From a virus (Duplodnaviria; Heunggongvirae; Uroviricota; Caudoviricetes): a DNA stretch of 64,000 nucleotides. The position numbers and the translations under genes were made by a program. Location: the IMG/VR virus record IMGVR_UViG_3300012983_000030; one strand, 5' to 3'. Of the stretch, positions 1-9,470 are shown piece after piece (position 1 is the stretch's first letter; every line of letters starts with the position of its first letter). The notes beneath the pieces were generated by a model, which did no database searches, was not told the DNA's origin, and was given only the letters and a program-made list of their open reading frames with translations.

Positions 1-151
1 GATTAAGAGAACCTGTAGAAATCGTTTCTACTTTTTTAATACTTGTGTCATCAAATGTCATTAAAGCATCATCTCCAAATTGTTTTGTAATTAGTGCCAA
101 TGCTGCTTTCATATCTTTATCTAATTGTGAATCTTCTTCTTTTTTAGCCAT
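1..151 (-). CDS. recA: RecA recombinase, 5' part (runs off the left edge; not in ORF track)
   Basis: Manual translation MAKKEEDSQLDKDMKAALALITKQFGDDALMTFDDTSIKKVETISTGSLN matches the RecA N-terminus (AL..I.KQFG...VETISTGSL); GAGG RBS upstream. Confidence 0.9.
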   Translation of the reverse strand, partial: MAKKEEDSQLDKDMKAALALITKQFGDDALMTFDDTSIKKVETISTGSLN

Positions 152-183
152 TATTAACCTCTCTTTGTAAGAAACTATTTTAT

Positions 184-212
184 AGAATATAAAGATTTAT
201 ATTTTCTACTAA
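184..212 (-). promoter_or_regulatory. Putative promoter TTAGTA-N17-TATTCT upstream of recA
   Basis: Same TTAGTAGAAA...WATTCT arrangement with a 17-nt spacer at 3865-3893 and 33506-33534. Confidence 0.55.
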
Positions 213-248
213 ACAAAAAAGGAGATATTTTTATATCCCCTTTGTTTT
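211..248 (-). terminator. Intrinsic terminator after clpP
   Basis: GGGGATA/TATCTCC stem followed by a T run on the - strand. Confidence 0.65.
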
Positions 249-251
249 AAA

Positions 252-836
252 TTATCTGGGCTCAGTTATTTTGTCAACCATACCATAAGCAACTATTTCT
301 TCAGAAGAAAACCAAGCATCTCTTTCACAGTCTGCTTTTAATGTTTCTAAATCTTTTCCACAGCATTTTGCTAAATGTTCCATTGCCAAATCATTAATTC
401 TTTCCATTTCTTTATAATTAACTCTAGCGTCTTGAACATTACCTCTATACCCACCAGATACTTGATGTAACATTACTCGTGATAATGGATAAATTTTTCT
501 ATGACCTTTTTCACCAGATGCTGCAATAACAGATGACATACTAGCAACTTGACCAATAATAGTGGTGTATACTGGACATTTAATAGTATTCATTGTAGAA
601 ATAATTGCAAATCCAGCAGTAACTACTCCACCTGGTCCCATAACAAACATATTAATTGGTTTATCTTTATCAACTGACTCTAAATAAAGTAATTGTGCTA
701 CAACTGACTCTGCTAATTCATCTGTTACTTCGCCTGTTACCATGACAATTCTATCACAAAGCAAACGAGTAGGTAAATCAATCATTCTTTCATTACCATT
801 TTTATCTCTATGTAAACAACCTGGATATCCAATCAT
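252..836 (-). CDS. clpP: ClpP protease proteolytic subunit
   Basis: RLL.DRIV, AQLLYLES, PGG, ASM (Ser), MLHQ (His), ERD (Asp), YG.VD motifs. Confidence 0.92.
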   Translation of the reverse strand: MIGYPGCLHRDKNGNERMIDLPTRLLCDRIVMVTGEVTDELAESVVAQLLYLESVDKDKPINMFVMGPGGVVTAGFAIISTMNTIKCPVYTTIIGQVASMSSVIAASGEKGHRKIYPLSRVMLHQVSGGYRGNVQDARVNYKEMERINDLAMEHLAKCCGKDLETLKADCERDAWFSSEEIVAYGMVDKITEPR

Positions 837-856
837 ATTAAATATTTTCCTTTCTT

Positions 857-2317
857 TTAATTACATAATTTCTGTTCTCTTTTTAAAACTCTTGCTAACT
901 GAGTATTATCTTTTTCAACAGCAGATTTTACTTTATGAAAATCGATTCCTAATTCTTCAGAGATTTTATAAAGAGATTTTCCTTTACTACGTTCAGCTTT
1001 TATTTGCATAATTTGTGCAAATTTTAAAAACTCTCTTGGTTTACTCTTATTTATCTGTTTATGAAATTCTCCATGCATTTCTTTAGTAACATGTTCCAAA
1101 TTTTCTAATCTATTATCTGAATGATCTCCATTTAAATGATGAATCTCAGTCGCAATAATGTCAGTATCACGTTTTTTATTTGGATTATGTAAAAAAGTAT
1201 CTGCTGCTAATTTATATATAGCTTTATTAATTCCATTAATATTAACATACATACTATTTGATTTTGTAGTTGGTTTTATTTCTTTTTTAGTAATTAAATT
1301 ACGAATTCTATATGTCCAGCAAGTTTTATTATATTCATTTGTAAATAAATATGGCTCGCTATATATTTCATATTCTGGAAAATTAGCAATATTAAACCAT
1401 TGAGGATTATTTTTTAAATATTCTAAATATGCTTTACGATTATTTTTTGTATATTTTTCTTTTTTATCATTTTCAATAATTTCAGTTGATATATTTTTTG
1501 CAATTTCTTTTTCTTCTACTTCTTCTATTTCTACCTTTTTTGTACCATAACGCAGTTTCATATATTCACCACTTAATACAGATTCTTCTGTAACACCGGC
1601 TTTGTCACAAGCATCTTTTAATGAATATTGATTTTCCATTGTAAAATCATACGTATTAATATAATTAGCTACGTCATCTGAAGTCCAGCCTTTATACTTA
1701 ATACGATTTTCTACAACTTTAGTAACCGCTTCATATACCGTTAAAGTCTTAGTAGAATGTGCTTTATTATCATCACTTGCTAAAGTAACATCATAAGTGG
1801 GTTTTTTACGACACAAAGTAGTTCGTATATCAAAGCAAATATATTTTGGTAAATTATATTTGCGTTTACGTTGTTGAGTAGCTTCAGCAGAAACAGTTGA
1901 TGTTTGTGTTTTAACTTTTTCTGCTTCTTTATTTTGAATTACCTTTTCTACTGCTTTTTCTTCAGACGATTCTATATCAACATTAAATCCTTCATCTTTT
2001 AAACGCTTTAATAATTTACGTCTATTAACGATTTTATATACACTAAAATAAGGATATACCGCATAATATGGAGTATGCTGTATAGTACGTAAGTATTTTA
2101 AACCAAAATTCTGTATTAAATCGCGCTTAATTTCAACTGTTAGTCCAGGAACTTGTTGAATTACAATTTCATTATCCTCATGAGAATACGAATAGCGACT
2201 TGGATCATTATATAGTATATCTAATGAGTATCCACCTGCTGTAGTAAATATTGTATCATAATTATTGACTACATACTCTCGTATGTACTGCTCTATTTTG
2301 TATGCATCTATTTCCAT
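857..2317 (-). CDS. HNH homing-endonuclease-like protein with long N-terminal extension
   Basis: C-terminal IHHLNGDHSDNRLENLE HNH motif, NUMOD4-like segment before it and an HTH-like end. Confidence 0.75.
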   Translation of the reverse strand: MEIDAYKIEQYIREYVVNNYDTIFTTAGGYSLDILYNDPSRYSYSHEDNEIVIQQVPGLTVEIKRDLIQNFGLKYLRTIQHTPYYAVYPYFSVYKIVNRRKLLKRLKDEGFNVDIESSEEKAVEKVIQNKEAEKVKTQTSTVSAEATQQRKRKYNLPKYICFDIRTTLCRKKPTYDVTLASDDNKAHSTKTLTVYEAVTKVVENRIKYKGWTSDDVANYINTYDFTMENQYSLKDACDKAGVTEESVLSGEYMKLRYGTKKVEIEEVEEKEIAKNISTEIIENDKKEKYTKNNRKAYLEYLKNNPQWFNIANFPEYEIYSEPYLFTNEYNKTCWTYRIRNLITKKEIKPTTKSNSMYVNINGINKAIYKLAADTFLHNPNKKRDTDIIATEIHHLNGDHSDNRLENLEHVTKEMHGEFHKQINKSKPREFLKFAQIMQIKAERSKGKSLYKISEELGIDFHKVKSAVEKDNTQLARVLKREQKLCN

Positions 2318-2349
2318 CTGTATTTCCTTTTTTAATTAACTATAACACA

Positions 2350-2378
2350 TATATAGTACATAATTATGAAAAAGTAAA
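2350..2378 (-). promoter_or_regulatory. sigma70-like promoter (TTTACT-N17-TATATA) for the HNH gene
   Basis: GTTTTAC -35 context shared with 9355, 16375, 33560 and 42290; 17-nt spacer. Confidence 0.45.
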
Positions 2379-2385
2379 ACAGAAT

Positions 2386-3831
2386 TTACGCTAAATCATC
2401 TGGTGTATTTAAATTATTTTCGTTAATATAATCGTTTACTAATGCAGTTTTATAGAAATTTCCTACTTTATCTAGCATTTTAGACAATTTTACTTTAATA
2501 GAAATAGGCTCTAAATCAATTACTTTACTTGCATTGTTTTCATCACAATTTTGATTCAAAAGGATTTTTGCAATGATTCTACCTAATTCATAACACATTT
2601 CTTCATTGAATCCACGAGTAGTAATAGCTGCAGTACCTATACGCAAACCTGTACATTCTGATGGTTTTGTATCTCCTGCTATCATGTTTTTATTACATAT
2701 TATTCCATATGAAGTCAATCTATCTTCTGCTTCTTTACCATAAATACCTACTTTTTTAATATCTAATAAAACAAGATGATTGTCTGAACCTTCTGACACA
2801 AAACTAATTAAATTTTCAGTATCTGCACTTTTAATACCTTCTATAATAGCTTGCATATTTTTTAATATTTGTTCTGCATATTTTCTAAAACTCGGTTGCT
2901 GTGCTTCAATAAAACATTGGCATTTAGCAGCAATAGCAGCCTGATTACTTCCACCTTGTGTTTTAGGAAATACACCACTATTTAATTTTGTACAAAGCTT
3001 TTTATCATTCCATAATATTAAACCACCTCTTGGTCCTCTTAATGTTTTATGTGTAGTTGAAGTAACTACATCGGCATATGGTAATGGTGATGGGTGTACA
3101 CCGGCTGCTACTAATCCTGCAATGTGTGCCATATCAACCATAATTAAACATCTATTTGATTCAAAATTACTATCTGATGTTACTTGACAATCTTCACATT
3201 TACCATTTGGATAATCTTTTTCATTTATACACTTTTCACAAATAGTTTCTGTTTCTCTATCATTATATTCATCGACAATTTGTCTAATTTTCTTAAAATC
3301 AATGATTCTTGAATAAGCAGATGCACCAACAATTAATAGTCTTGGATGATAATGATATAATTTATCTTTAATTTCATCATAATTGAGATAACCATTTTTA
3401 TCTAATCCGTAATAGTATGCGACATATTCTTTACTTGAATCAGAAGCTTTTGAACCATGTGTTAGATGTCCACCTGCGTTTAAATCCATACCTAAAATTT
3501 TATCACCTGGTTTTAGCAATCCGGCATATACTGCTAAATTTGCTTGTGAACCAGACCAAGGTTGAACATTTGCATAATTACATTTAAATAGTTTACAAGC
3601 ATTTTCAATAGCATATTCTTCTAATTTATCAATTATTTCACATCCAGCATAATGTCTACCTTGCTTTGAAACAGACAATGGAAAACCTTCAGAATATTTA
3701 ACAGAAAAATGTGAGCCCATTAAATCCAATATATCTTGAGATGGATAATTTTCTGAAGCAATCAATTCAATATCATGATTCAAACGATTTACTTCTTCTT
3801 TTAAAATTGCTTGTATTCTATTATTAATCAT
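2386..3831 (-). CDS. glyA: Serine hydroxymethyltransferase
   Basis: IELIASEN, NVQP.SGSQAN, GGHLTHG, DMAHIAGLVAAG, TTHKTLRGPRGG (PLP Lys), GLRIGT. Confidence 0.97.
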   Translation of the reverse strand: MINNRIQAILKEEVNRLNHDIELIASENYPSQDILDLMGSHFSVKYSEGFPLSVSKQGRHYAGCEIIDKLEEYAIENACKLFKCNYANVQPWSGSQANLAVYAGLLKPGDKILGMDLNAGGHLTHGSKASDSSKEYVAYYYGLDKNGYLNYDEIKDKLYHYHPRLLIVGASAYSRIIDFKKIRQIVDEYNDRETETICEKCINEKDYPNGKCEDCQVTSDSNFESNRCLIMVDMAHIAGLVAAGVHPSPLPYADVVTSTTHKTLRGPRGGLILWNDKKLCTKLNSGVFPKTQGGSNQAAIAAKCQCFIEAQQPSFRKYAEQILKNMQAIIEGIKSADTENLISFVSEGSDNHLVLLDIKKVGIYGKEAEDRLTSYGIICNKNMIAGDTKPSECTGLRIGTAAITTRGFNEEMCYELGRIIAKILLNQNCDENNASKVIDLEPISIKVKLSKMLDKVGNFYKTALVNDYINENNLNTPDDLA

Positions 3832-3864
3832 TAAAACTCTCCTTTATCAAACAAGTTATTATTT

Positions 3865-3893
3865 AGAATAATTACATATAACATTTCTACTAA
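3865..3893 (-). promoter_or_regulatory. Putative promoter TTAGTA-N17-TATTCT upstream of glyA
   Basis: Same arrangement as 184-212. Confidence 0.55.
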
Positions 3894-3928
3894 TTAAAAT
3901 TTTATTTATTTTCTATTTTATAATTACT

Positions 3929-3934
3929 GTTCTA
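3929..3934 (+). promoter_or_regulatory. Putative late-promoter motif GTTCTA
   Basis: Recurrent hexamer about 35-70 nt upstream of operon starts. Confidence 0.5.
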
Positions 3935-3997
3935 GAAAAATAGTTATTGTTATCTAATTTTTGTTGTTAAACAATCTAGTAATGAAAATAAAATGAA

Positions 3998-4402
3998 ATG
4001 GCGATTAAATCCAAATTAGATCCAGAAATAAAAATGGAATTATTAATTAAGCTTGCTTTCGGTATTCCAATTCAAGACTTAGCAAAAGAATATGACTTAT
4101 CTGAACCAAAAATAATAAATTTAAGAAAAAATAACTATATAAGATATAATGAATTTTTTGATCACTGGCGTATTGATAAAGAAGTTGCTGTTTTAGGACT
4201 TACTCCCAAATATGAAAGAGCATTGAGTGTAGTAAAAAAGTTTTATAAATCAAAAATAAAAATTTTATCAGCTAGTTCTATCCTATATAATGAAAAACCT
4301 TGTACTTTTGAAGAAATTTTAAATCTAGCCGATTATATTTTAGAAAAAGATAATATCTTAGATTTTAAAAATTCACCAGTAGAAATAAAAAATCATTATT
4401 AA
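3998..4402 (+). CDS. Hypothetical protein, N-terminal HTH-like
   Basis: GIPIQDLAKEYDLSEPKI resembles a helix-turn-helix. Confidence 0.5.
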   Translation: MAIKSKLDPEIKMELLIKLAFGIPIQDLAKEYDLSEPKIINLRKNNYIRYNEFFDHWRIDKEVAVLGLTPKYERALSVVKKFYKSKIKILSASSILYNEKPCTFEEILNLADYILEKDNILDFKNSPVEIKNHY

Positions 4403-4424
4403 TATAAAATAAAAGGAGAAATTT

Positions 4425-4838
4425 ATGGGAATTCAATCAAAATATATTGATATTTCAGGTAAAGAATTCGCTTCTGAACAGCAGTGGGCAGAAAATACAA
4501 AAGGTATTTTTATGAATATGCTTGCAGGTGTTAGATGGGATCCTGTTGATAATAAATACAAAATGGCACCTATTAAATATTCTGATGTAAATTTAGAAGG
4601 TGAAAAAATTAAATTTTCAAGTGGACAAGAATTTACAGTTGTTTTTTCATGCTTAGCTTCTGACTATGCAAATAAAAAAGAAGTACATGATTTATGGTGG
4701 GAAAAAGCAAGCGAACTTGTAAATTCATACAAAGAACAAAAGAAATTAGAGGCTCACATTACATCTAATAACACTGATTTAAAACGTCTTCGTAAAGAAG
4801 GTGTATTAAAAGATCAAGAAGAATTAGACAATGAGTAG
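4425..4838 (+). CDS. Hypothetical protein
   Basis: 137-aa ORF with AGGAG RBS, coupled to the next gene. Confidence 0.6.
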   Translation: MGIQSKYIDISGKEFASEQQWAENTKGIFMNMLAGVRWDPVDNKYKMAPIKYSDVNLEGEKIKFSSGQEFTVVFSCLASDYANKKEVHDLWWEKASELVNSYKEQKKLEAHITSNNTDLKRLRKEGVLKDQEELDNE

Positions 4839-5112
4839 CAATTATTCTAAAATTAAAACAATAGCTGAAGATACCGAGTTATCTGAATATAAGGTAGCAA
4901 TGGTATTATATTCGTATTTAACTTGGTGTCTTCAAGAAGTTTTAATTGATGGTAATTCACAAACTCTTTTTGGAAAATTAACTTTAAATGAAGAAAACCG
5001 CTTAAAACTAGAAAATGACATACAGGGTCTTATCTCATTAATTGGTAAATCTGATATTAAAATGATTAGAAAAATTTGTGAAGAAGGACCTGATTTTAAG
5101 ATATTTGAATAA
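4831..5112 (+). CDS. HU/IHF-like DNA-binding protein (divergent)
   Basis: IAEDTELSEYKVAMVL...EVLIDG.SQTLFGKLTL follows the HU helix1-helix2-FG pattern; DNA-binding arm not evident. Confidence 0.4.
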   Translation: MSSNYSKIKTIAEDTELSEYKVAMVLYSYLTWCLQEVLIDGNSQTLFGKLTLNEENRLKLENDIQGLISLIGKSDIKMIRKICEEGPDFKIFE

Positions 5113-5354
5113 TGATTTATACTGAATTTCAAGCAGAAGAAGATTTAAGAGATATAATTGAAGATACTTTTGATACATGTTCTTCAAATAGAGATGAAAT
5201 TCGTTGGTTAATTACACTTTTACGCGGTTTTATGCAAATTCCAAACAAAAGACATGAAATTTCAGCAGAGAATTATAAATTAAATCTCTGGCAATATCAA
5301 TTATACCCGATATTAGAAAAATATCGTAAAAAATGGAAATGTAGCAATGAGTAA
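5112..5354 (+). CDS. Hypothetical protein
   Basis: 80-aa ORF overlapping both neighbours. Confidence 0.55.
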   Translation: MIYTEFQAEEDLRDIIEDTFDTCSSNRDEIRWLITLLRGFMQIPNKRHEISAENYKLNLWQYQLYPILEKYRKKWKCSNE

Positions 5355-5829
5355 ACAAGAAAGAGGATATTTTACACTTTCTGATGAAGAATTAGCATCT
5401 ACAGAGATGGTTCTTACTGCTTTTACTATGTTAGAGTCAAGAGGTTATCCAGGATTTACTGAATTAATGGCCATTTTAAACGATCCTACTGTTATTTTAA
5501 AAATAATTCGCTTTTTATATGGTATGAAAATAGAAATACCTCCACTACAAGAATTTATAAAGTGTCTAAAAGCTGCTCAATATGCTTTTTGTGATATGCA
5601 TAAAAAAATACATGTAAATTTACCAGCTAAACCTGCTGATATTAGAAAAAGTTTAAATATTTCAGAAGAAGAAGAAAAAGAATTACTTGAAATTTTTGAT
5701 CATTGGACTAAATATATGCATGATCAAGGACATGATATTAGAAATTATTTTCATATGAATCGTCAAAATACAAAAAAACGTATTGCAATGACTGTAAAAG
5801 GGAAAAAATGGACTTCTAAAAATTACTAA
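5347..5829 (+). CDS. Hypothetical protein, possibly Mor-like transcription regulator
   Basis: LKIIRFLYGMKIEIP resembles Mor-family KL..YGG..IYIP, followed by an HTH-like ADIRKSLNIS. Confidence 0.35.
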   Translation: MSKQERGYFTLSDEELASTEMVLTAFTMLESRGYPGFTELMAILNDPTVILKIIRFLYGMKIEIPPLQEFIKCLKAAQYAFCDMHKKIHVNLPAKPADIRKSLNISEEEEKELLEIFDHWTKYMHDQGHDIRNYFHMNRQNTKKRIAMTVKGKKWTSKNY

Positions 5830-5836
5830 TAAAGCT

Positions 5837-5850
5837 GTTCTATATAAATA
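5837..5850 (+). promoter_or_regulatory. Putative late promoter GTTCTA (followed here by TATAAATA) for the terminase operon
   Basis: GTTCTA 5837-5842, about 35 nt before ATG 5877. Confidence 0.55.
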
Positions 5851-5876
5851 GTAATAAAATAAAGGTTTTACTTAAC

Positions 5877-6569
5877 ATGAGTGATGATTTACCAAAAATG
5901 TGGGTTGAAGAAATTGAGCCAAATTGTGATCCGGTCACTGGTGAAATTATTGAAACTAATACCCAAGCATTAATGCCTATTGAAGAAGAAATGCCTTTAC
6001 CTACAATATCTGAACAAAAGAATATTGTAAATCATTCATCTATAAATGAAGAAAACAAAGGTATGCTACAAGCTCTTGTAGAAATGAATAATGTGGCAGA
6101 AACATTAGCTTTAATTAGAAGCAATGAATCTGCAGAACAAAGAAAAACAGTGATTACTGCTTGGTGTGAAAATTTTATGAATTCTCGTATGAGAAATAAT
6201 GTAGTGGCAGAAACATTAAAGGCTAAACTTTTAGAGCGTTTATTAAATAATATTGATAACTTAGACTTACAAACTACTGCTCAAATATATAATGATTTGT
6301 CTGATGTTTCTAATGTAGATGCACAACAAGCAATGGCAAACATTAATGGTGGAGCTGGAGCAATACCTGGTAATCAAACTGGAACAGTAGTTAATCTTAA
6401 TTTGGCAACAGGAGAAAATTCTACTGTTACAAATAATACTTTAAACGCTCAACCTCAACAAGTCGGTCAATTAAAAGAAGTAGTTACATTAAATTCATCA
6501 ATTAAAGCATGGTCTAACATTCCATTACCTAAGAAAAAAGTTATTGATGCCGATTTTACTGAAAAATAA
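5877..6569 (+). CDS. Probable terminase small subunit
   Basis: Helical 230-aa protein directly upstream of the large terminase; positional inference. Confidence 0.5.
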   Translation: MSDDLPKMWVEEIEPNCDPVTGEIIETNTQALMPIEEEMPLPTISEQKNIVNHSSINEENKGMLQALVEMNNVAETLALIRSNESAEQRKTVITAWCENFMNSRMRNNVVAETLKAKLLERLLNNIDNLDLQTTAQIYNDLSDVSNVDAQQAMANINGGAGAIPGNQTGTVVNLNLATGENSTVTNNTLNAQPQQVGQLKEVVTLNSSIKAWSNIPLPKKKVIDADFTEK

Positions 6570-6594
6570 ATAACTTTATTTGGAGAAAAAGTTA

Positions 6595-8604
6595 ATGGAG
6601 AGCATACCTTTAGAGATTGAACAAAAACTAGAAGATTTGCCATATGTTGAATTTGATGTAAATGAAGAATTTCAATCTGTAATTACTTCTGACCTTTTTT
6701 CTGATATATTTAATTTTTATAAAAAGAATTATTTACCAGATATTCTTAAATCTAAGCCAGAACTATATCAAAGAATTAGTTTATATTTATCTCTTACTGG
6801 ACAAGGCGAAAAATTTGTCGAACAAACTGATGAATTATTATATCGAAGACCTTGCCCAGATATTCATACTTTTCTTACTGATAAATTTTATATGGGCTAT
6901 AACAATGCTACATTATATCCGTATTGGAAGGAAAAATTAGAAGAAATTTTTCAACCAAACTCTCCTATTAGAAAAACAATATTTGGTGGTTCAATCGGTG
7001 TAGGAAAATCAACTGTAGCGAGAAAAGCATTTGTGTATGTACTATATAGAGTATTATGTTTACGTTATCCTAGAGCAGTATTTAATGTAGACGCTGATGC
7101 TACTTTGGCTGCAATGATTATTAGTATGACATTACGTCAAGTATATGATACTAACTTATTACCATTTGTAAAGTTAATGGAAACAATGCCATGTTTTCAA
7201 AAAGTAATGAGCACAAGATCATTCGATAACTTTGATTTAGACAATCCTAACTGCCCTATTCCATTTCAAGTAGAAAAAAGTTCTGGTACAATTTTCTTTC
7301 CAAATAACATAATCATTGGTTGTGGTTCTGGAATTACGCATACTATTGGTTACAATTTATTCAATACCTTCCTTGACGAGATGAATGAGAAGGGTGTTGA
7401 TACAGCTTTAGAATTATTAAATTCTGTAGATAATAGATTTAGTTCACGTTTCTCTGGTGTAGATTTAGTATTTCAATCAGTAGTATCTTCTGCTCGTACT
7501 ACAAATAGTCCAATTGGTGAATATATTAAGCGTTTGCCCAAAGATGATCCAGCAATTAAAATATTAGCACCTAAATTATGGGAAGTAAAAACAGACCCTT
7601 CCTTTTTAGGTGATGGTTCAACATTTCCTGTAATGGTAGGTAATGGTAGTATTCCAAGTAAAATAATAACTGACCCTGGTGAATTAAAAGCTATTAAAGA
7701 AGGTAATTATAATCCTCCTACTGGTTGTGAGTTAATTCAAGTACCAACTGTATATAAAAGTAAATTTGAATTACAACTAGACCAATCTATTCAAGATATT
7801 GCTGGTATGACAACTAGTGATAATAATGCAGTATTTAGAGATACAACTAGACTTGAAGATCCTACTCTAACTTCTGAATTATATTTTGATGCTAATATAC
7901 ATGATAATGTTAATTTATTAGATTGTTTACCTAAAAATATTTTTGAACAAAATATTAATAATAGATGGCAATTTAAACGTGCTCCAAAAGCAGAAAGATT
8001 TTGTCATATTGACTTAGCAGGTGGTGGTTCTGGTGGGCAATGTGATGCTTCAGTATGTATACTACATAAAGAATGGCAACTCAATGAAACTACAAAAGAA
8101 AAAGAAACTATATATGTAGTAGATTTAATATTAGCTATTAATGCAAAAAATAAAATAGATATACGTGCTATTCAAAATTTATTAATTGACTTAGTTGTCG
8201 AAAAGAATATTAATATACATACTGTATCAGCTGACCAATGGAATAGTTTAATAATGTTACAAGCATTTGAAGCATCTGGTTGTTTTACTAAAGTAGAAAA
8301 GTTATCAGTAGATACTAAGCTTGAACCATATACAAATGCATCTACTTTAATTGAATTAGGACAAGTAAAAGTAGGTAATTGTCCTAAGCTAAAAAAAGAA
8401 TTAGAAGCATTAATTTTGGATAAAAATAAAGTAACACGTACAACAGAATTAAAAGATATGGCAGATACACTGGTAGGTGCTATTTATAATGCACAGCTTG
8501 CTTATGAAAATATAGCACAATATCCATATATACAAAATGAGTCACAAGAATTTTCCTATGACTCATTGTTAGAAGAAGGCGAAAGCCTATTAGATTTTAT
8601 TTAA
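6595..8604 (+). CDS. terL: Terminase large subunit
   Basis: Walker A GGSIGVGKS, Walker B FLDE, VSSA coupling motif, RNase H-like HIDLA...D..D; ATG 6595 has a GGAG RBS (ORF track starts at TTG 6580). Confidence 0.88.
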   Translation: MESIPLEIEQKLEDLPYVEFDVNEEFQSVITSDLFSDIFNFYKKNYLPDILKSKPELYQRISLYLSLTGQGEKFVEQTDELLYRRPCPDIHTFLTDKFYMGYNNATLYPYWKEKLEEIFQPNSPIRKTIFGGSIGVGKSTVARKAFVYVLYRVLCLRYPRAVFNVDADATLAAMIISMTLRQVYDTNLLPFVKLMETMPCFQKVMSTRSFDNFDLDNPNCPIPFQVEKSSGTIFFPNNIIIGCGSGITHTIGYNLFNTFLDEMNEKGVDTALELLNSVDNRFSSRFSGVDLVFQSVVSSARTTNSPIGEYIKRLPKDDPAIKILAPKLWEVKTDPSFLGDGSTFPVMVGNGSIPSKIITDPGELKAIKEGNYNPPTGCELIQVPTVYKSKFELQLDQSIQDIAGMTTSDNNAVFRDTTRLEDPTLTSELYFDANIHDNVNLLDCLPKNIFEQNINNRWQFKRAPKAERFCHIDLAGGGSGGQCDASVCILHKEWQLNETTKEKETIYVVDLILAINAKNKIDIRAIQNLLIDLVVEKNINIHTVSADQWNSLIMLQAFEASGCFTKVEKLSVDTKLEPYTNASTLIELGQVKVGNCPKLKKELEALILDKNKVTRTTELKDMADTLVGAIYNAQLAYENIAQYPYIQNESQEFSYDSLLEEGESLLDFI

Positions 8605-9301
8605 GCAATTTATTAATCTTTTTAATCCAACCTTTATTAAATTCTATTACATTTATATCTGGTAAATTTTTTTCAATCAATTTAAACGCTGCTGCACTAT
8701 GTGTAGCAATAATAATTTGTAGATTAGAGTTAGCTTTTGAAAATGCATAAAACCAATCAAAAAGTCCAAATTGCATATTTATTGCCATTGAATTTTCAGG
8801 TTCATCAGCAACTATAATTAAACCATCTTCATATTCTTCTTTAGTCCAATTTTCTAAATCATCAATTTCTTTTGCATTAAATTTATGATTTTCAGAAACG
8901 TGCTTTATAAAAAAATCATGATAACTTCTTCTGCCTTCACCTGAACTTTGAAATTTTGATAAAATAGCATCTCTTGTGCTACCTTGCATAAAATTTAAAT
9001 CTACTTTTTCTTTATATTGATGTGGAGCGTATTCTATTAATTTAGATATTTTTCCTTCAATTTCAACACGATAATTACTAAGAATAGTACGTGAAGAATC
9101 TAATGATCTAAAATTTTGTCTATTTGTAAAATGAGTATCATATCCATTAAAAAGACAAATTGCTTGCAAAATAGATGATTTTCCACAAGTATTAGCACCT
9201 ACTAATAGGTTTAAGCCAGGTTTAAAAGTTAATTTACGAATATCACAATTCCCAAATCTAGAATCTTGTGTTATTCTTTTTATTTTAATATTTTTAAGCA
9301 T
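8597..9301 (-). CDS. ABC/SMC-type ATPase (AAA_21-like)
   Basis: GANTCGKS Walker A, SSGE signature, ADEPE Walker B, ATHS H-loop. Confidence 0.85.
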   Translation of the reverse strand: MLKNIKIKRITQDSRFGNCDIRKLTFKPGLNLLVGANTCGKSSILQAICLFNGYDTHFTNRQNFRSLDSSRTILSNYRVEIEGKISKLIEYAPHQYKEKVDLNFMQGSTRDAILSKFQSSGEGRRSYHDFFIKHVSENHKFNAKEIDDLENWTKEEYEDGLIIVADEPENSMAINMQFGLFDWFYAFSKANSNLQIIIATHSAAAFKLIEKNLPDINVIEFNKGWIKKINKLLK

Positions 9302-9331
9302 TCTATTTTCCTCTTCTAATATTTTTTATGA

Positions 9332-9360
9332 ATTATAAAATTAAATTTCCAAATTGTAAA
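9332..9360 (-). promoter_or_regulatory. sigma70-like promoter TTTACA-N17-TATAAT for the ATPase
   Basis: Near-consensus hexamers with a 17-nt spacer. Confidence 0.7.
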
Positions 9361-9397
9361 ACAAAAAGACACTTTCTGTTTTAGTTATTTTTAATAA

Positions 9398-9403
9398 GTT
9401 CTA
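9398..9403 (+). promoter_or_regulatory. Putative late-promoter motif GTTCTA
   Basis: Recurrent hexamer upstream of ATG 9471. Confidence 0.5.
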
Positions 9404-9470
9404 TACTTATGTCGAAAATTTAAATTATTTTTACAAGACTAAAGAAGCATTAACGATAGGAATGTAAAAT

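Noticed and set aside
3150-3270. glyA insertion as an intein or intron
   Set aside because: Too short, in frame, and lacks intein C...HN ends
5843-5850. T4 late promoter TATAAATA as the general late signal
   Set aside because: Seen in the right place only at this operon; the other structural operons share GTTCTA instead
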